This document shows, piece by piece, positions 25,250 to 37,988 of a DNA stretch of 64,000 bases. This DNA comes from Octopus vulgaris (taxonomy: Eukaryota). The DNA is taken from NCBI GenBank assembly GCA_951406725.2, contig OX597820.1:45632001-45696000 (forward strand), given 5' to 3'. The position numbers were made by a program, and so were the translations under genes. The notes under the pieces are model-generated. The model was given only the letters and a program-made list of their open reading frames with translations, was not told where the DNA came from and searched no databases. The stretch's first letter is position 1. Every line of letters begins with the position of its first letter.

Positions 25250-25529
25250 TAATATGGCTAAGAATCCACTCAGATCACACCTCACTATCTAATAAGGGAA
25301 ATGATAAAAAAATTTTAAAATAGCTACCTTATATGGAAAAGGAGAAAATTAAAAGGAAATAGTCATGCCTGAAATATCTAAGCATAAATCTGTTGGATCA
25401 GAGCTGATGTGTGTGTAAAGAATTTGAAAAGCTTCACTAAAATCCTCCCAAGGGCAACTGGCAAAAAAATAAATACTTTCTTGAATATTTGCTGAATCGA
25501 GATACATAAGGGATAATGATAATGATAAA

Positions 25530-25742
25530 TAATAATAATCCTCTCTATAAGGAGAGGGCTTGAAATTTTGAGGGAGGTGGCCAGTCAATTACATCAACCC
25601 CAATGAGAAACTGGTATTTTACTGACCTTGAAGGATGAAAGACAAAGTGAACTGTGGCAGAATTTGAAAACAGAATGTAAAGAACTGGAAGCAATTCTGC
25701 ATAGCATTTTTGTCCAAGCTAATAATTCAACCAGCTCACCAC
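25530..25742 (-). mobile_element. Meta-type tRNA SINE
   Basis: GAAGGATGAAAGACAAAGTGAAC...GGCAGAATTTGAA, reverse complement of the 6504 family. Confidence 0.65.
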
Positions 25743-26065
25743 ATTGATGATGATGATGATACTACTAATAATAATAATAATTGGCATAGAAACAATGCCA
25801 AAAAAAGACAATTGGAGCCTGGCCAGATCCTGTCAAACTGTCCAATCCATGCTGGCATGGAAAACAGATATGAAATGATGAGGAGTCTCTTCATTCCAAA
25901 TAATGCAGTAATAAACTGGTATTGCAGCATTTAGATATGGCTCTTTGTATTGAGCACAGATTTCACTTAGATCAGCTTTACCATTCATACCTCAGAGGGG
26001 TGGGGTGTCAATAAAATATATAATCGAGTACTAAGAGTCAATCTAATAAACTTTTAGAAACCATT

Positions 26066-26250
26066 ACCAACAAGGAAGCCTCAGGTCACCTGACCTGCCA
26101 GAAATAGAAGTTAACTCCTCCTCAAATCACATTGTAAAAAAAATGTGTGTAGTCTTAGATATACAATGCCTTAAAAACAAATGGCATGGTCAGAGTTTGA
26201 AAACCTTTGATCATAGGTCTACTGGACTGGGGCTAACTAGGGGCTACACA
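26066..26250 (+). mobile_element. Family X repeat
   Basis: ACCAACAAGGAAGCCTC..GGTCACCTGACCTGCCAGAAATAG...CCTTTGATCATAGGTCT...GGGGCTA. Confidence 0.65.
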
Positions 26251-26604
26251 ATATCATCTATAATATTGTCCAGCTATGGGTTACATATGTAACTTTTACC
26301 AATACAGCAAAATCAAAATGCATTATTATACATACAACATATTTGTAAGATAGTTGACTAGAAAATAAAGATTTTAAATCAAGTATCATCCATTAATTAT
26401 AGACATATATTTTTAAACTCAGCTATTGTACTTCATTTATCAGAAAAGTGGGTTTAAATCCAGGCATATGCACTTTTCTGATATGAAGATGGAAGTGCAT
26501 GAAGATTTGTTAAAGTATTACCAACATTGTCATACCACAATAGATTATTATAATACATGGATAACGTATTTGATTTTATTGCATAGTTAATGTTACAACA
26601 TGAG

Positions 26605-26927
26605 GTATACTGTGCCGGTGGCATGTAAAAAGCACCATCCGAACGTGGCTGATGCCAGTGCCGCCTTAACTGGCTTCCGTGCCGGTGGCATGTAAAAAGC
26701 ACCAATCCGATCATGGCTGTTGCCAGCCTCACCTGGCACCTGTGCTGGTGGCACGTAAAAAGCACCCACTACACTCAGAGTGGTTGGCATTAGGAAGGGC
26801 ATCCAGCAGTAGAAATACTGCCAGATCAGACTGGAGCCTGTTGCAGCCTTCTGGCTTCCCAGATCCCCGGTCGAACTGTCCAACTCATGCTAGCATGGAG
26901 AATGGACGTTAAATGATGATGATGATG
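26605..26927 (+). mobile_element. RTE LINE 3'UTR copy (5'-truncated)
   Basis: GTGCCGGTGGCATGTAAAAAGCACC repeats, GGAAGGGCATCCAGC, GGACGTTAAAT(GAT)n tail. Confidence 0.85.
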
Positions 26928-27504
26928 AATGTTGTTTAAAATGCTTTCTATATACATTATTCCTTCAACACATAAATAATTTTAATAACGTAGTCAAAAT
27001 AGAAATGCTAAGGGAAATGAACCAATATTTTCTCATGGACAATTGTATATAGCTCTTTGTATAGCACATAAATGTGTAACAACTCTCAAGGTAGGCAAGG
27101 TGACAAGTGCATAACAAAGAATATAGTTTTCAAAGATGTTCATTCTAAAACTGCACCTTCAGTATAACTTATATGGACTTTGAACTATCTCAAAAAAATC
27201 AAAAGCTTTGGAAGAAATACAATCTCAAACTCTAACCTAGTTTTTATATGTACACAGTAAACCTCATGTTGTAACCTATTAGGACTGGCATCAAGTAGTG
27301 AGTTATAAAAAGTCTTGTCCAACCCATACTTGCATGAAAAAGCACACATGGAAACAATAATGGTGATTATGATGTTGATCATAAAGACATCAAGAGGTAG
27401 ATATGCTGAGTTCAAATGTAGCTAAGTCAATCATTTTCAGAACAGTAAAAATGCTTACTAGTGACCCCACCACACCCTGAATGATCCAACATAATTGTCA
27501 TTAT

Positions 27505-27680
27505 TGGCAAGCTAATAGTGGTATTTCATCTGTCTTTACATTTTGAGTTCAAATTCTGCCAAGGTCAATTTTGCCTTTCATCCTTTCAGGATCAATAAAA
27601 TAAGTACCAGTGGAGCACTGGGAATAAATGTAATCGGCTGCCCCCCCCCTTCCCCAAGGGTTTAGTTTCATAGCTTTCAC
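27505..27680 (+). mobile_element. Meta-type tRNA SINE
   Basis: GAGTTCAAATTC B-box; GCCTTTCATCCTTTCAGGATCAATAAAATAAGTACCAGT. Confidence 0.7.
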
Positions 27681-28093
27681 CCACCAGTCCAAAATTAATA
27701 AAATAGGGATCAACCAGTGGAAACAAATCAGCAGGCAAAACCCCTTCATCTTCACATCATCACTGTTCCATGAGCTATGATTAATTCCTAAGTAACTGAA
27801 TTCTCAGCAGAGATGACTTCACATCAATTCATTATGCCTTATTCGATTTATCCCCCACAGCCATACCCTGAAATTGCTGGCCACATACCAAAATTTGAAA
27901 CCATTATTATTATTATTATTATCATTTTTATTAATTGAAATAAAGTACACACACAAAAGCAGTGACTACGACTAAGTACCCAGTGAATATATGACAGCAC
28001 TACTACTATAAACCAGGTGGATATATTTATGTGTAAGCATATACTTTCGCACATATAAACATTTGAATATGTACACACACACATATATATACA

Positions 28094-28166
<73 letters not shown>

Positions 28167-28974
28167 GAGGAAGAGAAAAAGGACTGGCGGGAATGTGGGG
28201 AGGTGAAGCAGTGAAGTGAACTAGTTACTATAACTATTGAACAATAAACAACGCTGCACACCAATTTGGTATTAATTTGAAATGTCAGAGTAATAAATTA
28301 TATGTTTAGCAGAGAAGAACAACAACAACAAAAGGAACAGCTACTATAACAAAAAATAGCAGCAGCAGCAGTAACAACAACAATAAATGGTGACGGGGTG
28401 GAATGGAATGAAACTGTAATATAGAGAGTATTTGTAGTGAAGAAAACAAATGGTGTGTTTGTGTGCGTGTGTGTAGAAAATGTGGAGGAGAGAAGCTTAA
28501 GTGACAAATGGAAAGGTAGAATAGAGTGGTTTAATGAAGTAACAGTGAGAGAAATTAGTTTCAAAAGATAGAGGCAGGATTGCAAGTGTTTTTTAAAAAG
28601 TTCACAGAAACATTAGCAGATTTATAACAAGTGCAAAACCAGATGTTTTCTCAGAGACAGAGATAGACAGAAGGACAGAGAGTGAGAAAGAGGAGAGGGG
28701 GTGCAAATGACACCAGTCTAATATTGGTATCAATTTAATTTATTTTAATCTATTTCAAATGGATAAAATTGAAGTCAGCATCAACAAGATTTGAACTCAG
28801 AAGGGACGAAGGTATTTTGGCCATCATTGTACCATAAAAATAGGATTTCAAGATACTCCCAGTAATTCTCTGGTACTTTACTATCAATCTTGGAAGGTTA
28901 ACAAATTCTACTTCAACTAATTCTATCAAATTCTAATAATAAAAAGAATTATATTTTTTTCTTTTCTTACATTG

Positions 28975-29250
28975 ACACATGTGGCCAAATGGTTAGGGTG
29001 TTGTACTCACAATCATGAGACTGGTTTCAATTCTCAGATCAGGTGGTACATAATGTTCTTGACCAAAATACTTCATTTCACCTTGTTCACTCAGCTACGA
29101 GTACCAGCATGAGCTGGGAAGTTAACTCAGCAACAGACTAGTGTCCCGTTCGGGAAGGGGGTGACAGTGTTGTAATCTGAGTCACCTGTAAATCATGGAA
29201 ACAAGGCTAGACTCCAGCCTTATGAGTTCTTTGGCTTATCACAGATTTAA
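28975..29250 (+). mobile_element. Second CORE-type SINE family
   Basis: Homologous to 8265-8510. Confidence 0.6.
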
Positions 29251-29549
29251 ATCTAGATAATACTGACACAAAGCTACACATTTGAAGGAGAAGTGTAGTT
29301 GATTTACTTACACTCTAGAACATTACGGTTACTCTTTTGTGTCAATCCCAACAAGATTTTGGATTCAGAGAGTGAACAGACAGCTGCATAAATATATACA
29401 TAAAACTAGTATTAAAACGGTTTTAAAATCGCGATGGCAAGGGTGGGGGAAGCATGCACTGCATTCTGCTGCAAAGGAATACACATGCAATGGTGATGCG
29501 CATTAAAAATACTCAGGTTTTCTAAATGTCCAGGCATTTTCTGAGTTGC

Positions 29550-29960
29550 CTCAAGACTTGCGACACAACCACTGTATTGTAGGACACTAATGAGTCATGA
29601 TATAGCAGATGAAAACATCTACACTAGAGGCTAAAGCTCCTGGCAATTTAAGAGATATTAAGGTACACAGAACACTCTACAATGGCAAGATAATAAAGCA
29701 AGAACCCATATGAAAGAATAGTCAGTAGAACCATACACTAGAAGCTGAAATTAGTTAGGGGCATGTGCCTATTATGCAATAAAAAGGAATATCCAGAATA
29801 GATCTAAAACATTATAAGATAAAAAATAAAAGATAGTATAGGGTCATACTGTAATGACTGAGCCGGAAAAGGTGGGAGGATTTTCATGACATGGGACAGA
29901 CTCGGTTGGAGAAGAATGGCTGCAGCCTTCTGTCCCACCAAGGACAAAGAAGATTAATAA
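29550..29960 (+). mobile_element. Old RTE LINE 3' ORF relic
   Basis: Ends (D)RLGWRRMAAAFCPTKDKED*, resembling RTE C-termini; GHV motif upstream. Confidence 0.55.
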
Positions 29961-31849
29961 TGAATAGTAGAATTGCATTGCTGATGCCTTCCCTGACAAT
30001 ATGAAAGATGTAAATAAACTGAGCATCATAACTGAACTTCCTTCTACTTCCTGAAAACTTATATTATAACAACTGGAATTTTTGCTGTGATGGCAGTTTA
30101 GTTGAAGACCAGTGTGATACAATGAATGAGCAAAACAGCATCAGTGTGGGGAAGAAAAATAACAAACCCGGTAAACTTGTCCCATAGTAATATAATAAAA
30201 ATAATGCATGCAAAAACAGAAAATGCACACTTCAAGTCATTTAACTTCTTTCCATTGATGAGAAGTTGATGAAGTGAAATGCAGGTGAAGCCAAAGGGAA
30301 GTGGGAGCCACAGTGTATACATTTCAAAATTTACATCAATCTGAGGCACAGAGACATCAGATCTGAGCACTGAAGTCAGTTTACACAAATTCCCAGTTGA
30401 ATTGTTACACCAGCATTTACTAAGTTAATGTATAAGGAATAATATAAGTAGCCCACATAACAGACAAAACATGCAACTATCTCATTTGTAGGCAGCTGGT
30501 TGAATGTATCACCATCATGCCATCATTTTTACATCTGTTTTCTTCATGTTGGGAAAGATGGGACATCATCATCTTGATACACAAAATAGCAATCTCTGTA
30601 TGCTGTATTTTTGGCATGATTCTTATAGTTGGATGCCCTTCCTAATGCCAATCACTTTATGGTCTAAACTGAGTGCATTTTGTCATGCAGAGAGAGAGGC
30701 AGGGAAAGGAGGAAGGTATGTAACAGTCAGTAAAACAAAAAAAATAGATGGCTGGACAGAAATGCTAAAAGGAAGACAGAAGATAAGATATTTAATCAAA
30801 AACATGGAAAGCTAATATTTATACAGCCAAAACCACATTTTACAACAATACTACATAATTTAGTAGTGAATACAATTGAAGACAAAGAACTGAAATACAA
30901 AAGGTGGACTAACAAGTTGTATACTAATATGATGGTTTTGGAAGTTGACTATGAAAAGGGTAACATTCTTAACCTAAACTACCGTTCTGAATATTTCCGC
31001 TATAAACAGGTGATAAAAGAAAATAGGATATTGATCTTATAGGAAGCTAGCTAAGTCTGATGAGAAACAATAAAAATATGCACAAAGTGGGAAATAAAGT
31101 TTAAAAGAAACAATTATTAAAAAAAAAATGAATGAAATTATTACTAATCAAGTAATAGGGTTGATATAATCAACTAATTCACCTACACAAAAATGTGACC
31201 TTGTGTCTGTTATAAATAATTATTATTAGAGTAGTTGAAAGAAGTACTCGTCAAGTATATTGACCACAAGGTCAGGAATTTAGTTCTTGCTGCAATCATT
31301 GTAATTGTATCCTTTAGATGTCTGCAAACGAATTGTAGTGTGTCTAACTATGAGGAATTAGGTATGCTCACAGAGATGAACACCAAAAAGTAACTGCTAA
31401 TGTGTGAATTAGTTCAGGGACAAACACAAATACTAAATGGAAATAAACAGTCAATCACACCACGAGATCTAACAGCCTGTTGCTCAGCCTGTTAGAAATA
31501 GCAACTTTGCTTCAGATCACATCATACTATCATATAAGAATGCATTAGATGTGAGAGAAAAAAACAATATATCTGGCATGTAAATCATATGGATAAACTA
31601 AACATTTGATCAGCTAATCCCACCCCCACCCTTTTTTTTTTTTAATTCAAGAGTGACAATAGCTTCTGCATGTTCTCAGAGACTGGTTTGATCCAAATAG
31701 TTCATGATCAGTTTGTATTTCCATTAGATGATGTCTGAAGGAATAATACAGGAAAGGAAGGATTTCCAGAAAGTAGAATGACTGAGGGAAGACAAATTAA
31801 GAGAAAACTGTATTGAGTTCATAGGGATAGTGAATAAGCAGGCATATGC

Positions 31850-32250
31850 TACTTAGGACCAAATAAGTAATGACTGAGCAATCAAAGATGTTTCAGCTAT
31901 GACTATTCTATATTTAACCCTTTAGCATTCAGATTGTTGTCAAATGTAATGCTTTTTCATTCACATTGCTTTGAATTAATCATGCATTATCACATGGCTT
32001 CAAGATTTCAATGATGTGATTGTTTATTTTCAGAATGATATTGTAAGGTAAGCATAAGAGGCCAGATTTGGCTGGTTTGAATATAAAACAGGTAGAATAT
32101 TCTAGCTGAATATGGCCGGTTTAAATGCTAAAGGTTTAGGGTTAGGATTACATTACTGAATGTGTTCTACATCTTTTTAAAGATAGTAATACATGATTTG
32201 AAGGAGATATGGCTGCTATTTCTAACAGGTTGAGAAACCATGTGGATGCA
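31850..32250 (-). mobile_element. Family X repeat interrupted by a piggyBac-type MITE
   Basis: Minus strand TCCACAT GGT TTCTC AA CCTGTTA GAAA TAGCAG CCATATCTCCTTCAAATCA at the right; 3' half resumes left of 31914. Confidence 0.65.
31918..32135. mobile_element. piggyBac-type MITE
   Basis: TTAA|CCCTTTAGCATT ... AATGCTAAAGGT|TTAG. Confidence 0.8.
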
Positions 32251-32435
32251 GCACTTTTTCTTTTTTTTTTTTTTTTTTTTACTAGCTAAGTCTGAAAGAT
32301 GAGGCAGAGCACATGGTCTTCATAGACCCTTTAAAATTGGTGAGGTTAAAACTTAACATTCTGCTTAATTCCTTTAGTGCTAACAATATTTTTGACTACA
32401 TAGCAAAAATCACAATGGCACATGTCAAAAACAAT

Positions 32436-32830
32436 ATTCTTTTACTCATTTCAGTCATTTGACTGCAGCCATGCTCGAGCACCCTTTTGAAGGGTTTTTA
32501 GTCAAAATTGATCCCAGGACTTCTTTTTTAAGCCTAGTACTTATTCTGTCTCTTTTGCTGAACTGCCAAGTTATGGAGACATAAACATACTGATACCATT
32601 TGTCATTTAGTAATGCGGGGACAAACACAGACACAAAGACACCCATACATGTGTGTGTGTGTATGTACACATGATGGATTTCTTTCAGTATCTGTCTACC
32701 AAATCCACTCACAAAGCTTTGGTTGGCTCGAGGCTATAGTAGAAGACACTTGCCCAAGGTACCACACAGTGGGACTGAACCTAGAAATGTGGTTGGGAAG
32801 CAAGCTTCTTACCACACAGCCATTCCTGGT
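32436..32830 (-). mobile_element. tRNA/CORE-type SINE
   Basis: Reverse complement of the 7819-8192 family. Confidence 0.8.
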
Positions 32831-32888
32831 ACATATATTATCATTGTTTTAACAGTATATAAACCTGAGAGTGCTGTAAGGGTTAAAC

Positions 32889-33126
32889 CAGTGGTTCTCA
32901 ACCATTTTTTGCCTATGAACCCCTCCGATTCCTGTTTTACCTAGGTGGATCCTCATAGCCATTCAATGTTTAAAAACATCCTATTATATTTTTATACTTA
33001 AATATTATATGGAATTGTATAAAAAAAAATTGCTAAAATATTTTGTGTTGTGATGAAGTATAACCAGCTTACCACACAAAAATTTTAACAACAAAATCTT
33101 ATATGGACCCCAGTTGAGGAATAATG
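32889..33126. mobile_element. hAT-type (Charlie-like) MITE
   Basis: Left TIR CAGTGGTTCTCAAC, degenerate right TIR, 8-bp TSD GGTTAAAC / GCTTAAAC (7/8 match). Confidence 0.8.
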
Positions 33127-33134
33127 GCTTAAAC

Positions 33135-34150
33135 TATTGCAAATCCATGAACACAGGAGGTAGTTCCAGATGGTCAACATCCTGAAGAAAGATTTGATGT
33201 AGTGCTTAGTGTAGGGCCTAGAAAGTGGGAATTGATCACAAAATGGATGATGCAGAAAAGAGATAAGTGAATCAAGAGTGACCAAGTGGCAGTGGTACAA
33301 AGCCAGCCAGCACTAATGAACAGAGGCCATCTCAGTGAGAGAGAGAGAGAAAACAGCATGTCTATTCCAATAAGTCGAATGGCTTTTCTATGGATGCAGC
33401 AGCAACAGCGCTATCCAGATGTGGGCAGAATACTCCAGAGTGACTTCCACTGAATTTTGTAGAGGATCAGTAATTACTGGTTTCAAATTTAGCATAAGCC
33501 CAGCAATTTCAAGAGATGGAGGTAAGTCAATTACATTGACTCCAATGCTTGAGTGGTACTTATTTTATCAACCCTGAAAGGATGAAAGAAAGTTGACCTT
33601 GGTGGAATTTGAACTCAGAACATAAAGACAGACAAAATGTTAAGCATTTTGCCTGCTGTCCCAACAATTCAGCCAGCTCATTGCCTTAAGTAGTTATTGG
33701 CAGCTGAAGTATTTTCTAGTTCTGAAGAGAAGCATCATTCATTGAGAAGCAGTCCTGTTATGTTATCGATGTACATTTGTCATGAGATACTCTCAGTGAA
33801 AACAAGGTCTAGCATTTGGAGGAATCGTGAGGGTTCTACTTATATGCTGCTCATGATGCATTATGATGTTTTCATGCTGTTAAAAGTAACACAATTGTCG
33901 TGACTCCATTAAAAGATACTTTCAAGATTTGTAATCATTAAATCAGTGCATGAAGTGTTTTGATCAAATATGGATAACACTTGGGTGGAGAAAGTTGGGA
34001 AAGAATAAAATTTGCTATCATCTGAGTAAGAAGGAATACTGTTGAATAAGGCTACACCAAAGTTGGTAGAATGTAGGATGGAGAGAGCCCTGTTAGTACA
34101 GAATGGTGTAATGTGATCTTTAGGAAATTACCAATCCAGGAGATGTGAGA
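33135..34150 (-). mobile_element. Old CR1-clade LINE RT relic, split by a SINE
   Basis: Minus-strand fragments ISWIGNFLKD, YSDDS (34014-34028), LLFRTRKYFS|LLILYK, LEYSAHIW, IHRKAIRLIG, HPFC, KSFF. Confidence 0.75.
33481..33688 (-). mobile_element. Meta-type tRNA SINE, full length
   Basis: 12-bp TSD AGTAATTACTGG (33469-80) / AGTAGTTATTGG (33689-700); B-box GAGTTCAAATTCC. Confidence 0.85.
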
Positions 34151-34265
34151 TAAATAAAGCCCCAGGCTGCTAGTTCAGGTCAAGGAACTGTTGTAGTAGC
34201 AGAAATAGTGAAAATAATGTACAAGTACATAAGTGTTCTATGTAATTCTAGAGTGTCTTCGTGAC

Positions 34266-34672
34266 CATCATCAGTTTAATGTCCACTTTTCCATGCTTAT
34301 ATGGGTCAGACAATAGGGTTTATTAAGGCCAATTTTCTATGGCTGGATGCCCTTCCTGTTACCAACCCTCACCTGCTTTCAAGTAGAGTAATATCTCCTG
34401 GTGACCAGATGTTCTCAAAGAATATTGGAAATGAATGACACTGCTTGTATGATAGTGATACTCATTTACAACTATCACACAATATCAAGACAAAGAGACC
34501 CAAAACCACACACACACGACAGGCTTCTTTCAGTTTCCATCTACCCAATCCACTCACAAGGCTTTGGTCAGCTTGAGGCTTTAAGTAGAAGACACTTGCC
34601 CAAGGTTCCACACAGTGGGACTGAACCCTGAACTCTGCAATCACAAAGCAACTTCTTACCAAACCGTCATGC
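34266..34672 (-). mobile_element. SINE with CORE head and RTE-like tail
   Basis: TTTAATGTCCACTTTTCCATGC tail, GCTGGATGCCCTTCCTG, CORE-head reverse complement AGAAGACACTTGCCCAAGG. Confidence 0.75.
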
Positions 34673-37619
34673 TTGAAACTAAAAATGTGACAATCACATG
34701 GATGGGATTTTTTTTTTTTTTCTCTTTTTCGTTTTGGTGTACGTGGTTTGGTTAAATGGCACTGAACAAGAATATTGAAAAAGAAAAACATTATAATCAA
34801 CAGGAAAATATAAACTTCGTAAAATGTTGTTTTGATGTCAACATGGAAAACAAAAACAACTACGCAGTGACTGAGTACCAAATCTGTCAGTGAGGTCATG
34901 TACATGCAAAGCTCTCCCCTCCCACCACACACACACACACAAATGCCTACATAATTTTTAACCTCTCTTGGAACATGATAATCTACTACGCAAAATATTA
35001 TTTTAGTGACAATAGCAAAACAAGAACATAACACCACTGCCATGACAACAACACTAATGCCACCACCAATACCACCATCATGACATCAACACCACCATCA
35101 TACCACAAAAAAAAAAAAACATTAATACCACCTCACTTCAACAACACAGTACTAATATCACCACAACACCAGTAACACTAATTTCACACCAACACTACAC
35201 ACACTACCGTCATTTCCTCACTTCCGCAATGACACCGGCATCAATCACCACAACCACTGCCATGACCATCCTGGAAAAATAACAGGAGTGGCAGGTGCAT
35301 AAAACTGCAACATTGACCAACCTTGACCGAAGAGTGTCAAGGCTGTCTATCAGGTGATTTGGCCATTGTTCCAGAAATATATATATTTTTTTTTTAAATA
35401 AAAACTTAAAACATTAAAAGTACAACAGCAGCAACAGCAACAACAACAGTATCTGTGTTAGTCATTTCCTCCCCCTTCTCTGCCCTGCTACATCCTGTGA
35501 CAAACAATATTCAGTTATTTCTGAAGGCGATCTTGGTTTTTGACTTCTTCTGGTGTGAGGATATATATTTCTGTGTGTGTTTGAACATACATGTGAGAAA
35601 AAGTAAATGTGAGAGAGGGGAAGAGAGAGAGAAAGAGAGAGGATGTGTGTATATACACGTGAGAAATAAATACGTATATATAAATATATGTATATATCAA
35701 TTTGTGAGTGCATGTGAGTTGATGCAAAAGAGGTGCGCTAGTGTGTGCTTGTGTACATGTGATAGTCTTATCCTGGCGCACATTCACTGTAACAGAGTAT
35801 GTATTAGTCTGCCTGAGAGAAAGGCGGGGAGGGAGAGAAAGAAAGAGAATGAAAAAGAGTGTGTGTGTGTGTATGTGATAGAAATAAATTAATGACTGAA
35901 TATTGTTTAGAAATGTCTAGTGCATAATAAAAGGTAGCAGGAGAAGAGTACCACTGAGAGGAAGTTAAAAATGGTGTTGGTTAAATCTCAAATCAATAAG
36001 CACTTGTGAGTCACCAACATGAGTTAGTAATCCATAGCAATGAGATGTAGCATAGTTATATATTGGTCCACTTAGTATGTCATGTGATTAAGGTCTTACC
36101 AAACATCTATGTTGAATCACCATACTATCATTATATAAATATAGTTATACATCGTAATTAGGTTGACTTGGTATGTCATGTGGGTCAGAATGTAAGCAGG
36201 GCTAAATTGCACAGTCATAATATCACATTATCAATTCAGTCCTATCACACAATACACAAACAGAAAATACACACACATACATATACTAATTTATACACAA
36301 GTTTATATCATTGGTTCTTTGTGTATGCCTTACTGTTGTGGTTATTTGGAATTTCAGCATTGGATATTTCCAAGTGCAACTGGATACTTTAACCACAACG
36401 GATCATCAAGGGAACACTTTTGTTGTATTATGTTACGAAGATCAAATGTTTATCATAATTTCTCTCATATTTGCTGTGTACCATAACCAGTAATACTACA
36501 AAGTATAGTAGTAACCAAACTACTATACTGGAAGCAGACTGGGCAATGATATTCTATGCGGAGGTCTAAACTGAAGTTAGTAATTGTACATCTAACTGTA
36601 CACAATACACACACACAAAGTTCTGATAATAATACTGCAATGGTTTTGCCAGTTAAACAGAATATGAAGTTAGTAGCTACAGACTAATGGCTCCTTCAGT
36701 GTCAATTGATATCGTTATAAATAGACCATGAGCTGGCTATCTCCAGTCTTCTCTGCCCACATCAAAGTAGAAGCTGTCTCCAGACATCTCTAGAGTGGAT
36801 TGTAGATTTATCAACATCGAGACCTCTACAGATGTCCTCAGTGTTGTTCATGTATAAACACTAACAACCAGTATACAGTCAGTAACAGATTAAAGTAACA
36901 TTTGTATAGGTAGCAACAGCTGTTCTAAATGAATTAAATGTCTTATTAAATAATGTCTGTTGCTTACCAATAATGTTGAGAGGCATGTTATAATGAAGCA
37001 GAAAGTTAATTAGGTGCAGAACGTGTTACCATGACATAGATAACTTTTTTCGAGTATAGCAAACTTAAAAACAAGTAAACATTAAGTTTAGCTCATAAAC
37101 CAGAAACAAACTGATTCCTTATATAAATGCAAAGACAAGGTTTTTGAAGAAATTGTCAGGAATTTTCATACGGTCAAGAACATGTGATGAAGCAACTATA
37201 ACTGGGAAATAAAGCCCAGAAAACTGGTTAATATACTGCTAGCTAGGAATTCACCCTTTTCCTTTTCTTTTTAGGTATTAACAGATATTAGATATAAACC
37301 AAGCTGGTAAGATAGAACCAACCAACACAACATCACATGGTTTTAACATTAGAAGATGAAAATCACTTCATTTCCATTCTCCATAAGAGAAATGTAGAGT
37401 AAAAGATAATTCTAAATTGTCATAATTTCCTCTTGTCTTCATCATGTAAGCATGGAAGAACAGAAGTTAAATGAAACAAACAAATTTACAAAGCTTCAGA
37501 CACTAACCTTCAGGCCCTAATGAATGTGTAAGTTCGTTATTTAAACAAGCCTTTCAATAGAGTAGGAGAGAGAAAATGGTCAACAGGATAAGGTATTAGA
37601 CTATCCATACATGGACTGC

Positions 37620-37988
37620 AATAAATCTGTGTACTGAAGGCCAATCTCAAAATGCTGAACCTTACGAAAGAGATGACAGAGGACCAAGATACGTAGTGCA
37701 TTGCTGTACTCGAGAAGACTCTCCCACCACAACAGAACTGAGATCCTAAAACCAAGGTGTCATGTAAAAAGTATTAGTGCAGGTGCTAGTTAAAAAGTAT
37801 TGGTGATGGTGCCACAGAAAAAGCACCCAGTACACTCTGTGGGGTGGTTGTCATTATGAAGAGCATCCAGCCATAGAAACCAAACCAAAACAGACTATGG
37901 AACCTGGTGCATCCCCCTGGTCTTACCAGTTCCTGTGATGCCATCCAACCAATGCCAACATGGAAAATGGACATTAAATGTTGATGAT
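37620..37988 (+). mobile_element. Old RTE LINE 3' end
   Basis: VLKANLKMLNLTKEMTEDQD..AVLEKT then 3'UTR motifs and GGACATTAAATGTTGATGAT tail. Confidence 0.7.

Noticed and set aside
29844-30122. Minus-strand ORF/exon with a signal-peptide-like stretch MQFYYSLLIFFVLGGTEG
   Set aside because: It overlaps the antisense of an RTE C-terminal relic (RLGWRRMAAAFCPTKDKED*), which explains the sequence more simply.
34462-35043. 193-aa minus-strand ORF
   Set aside because: Runs through microsatellites, a poly-A tract and a SINE; chance open frame.
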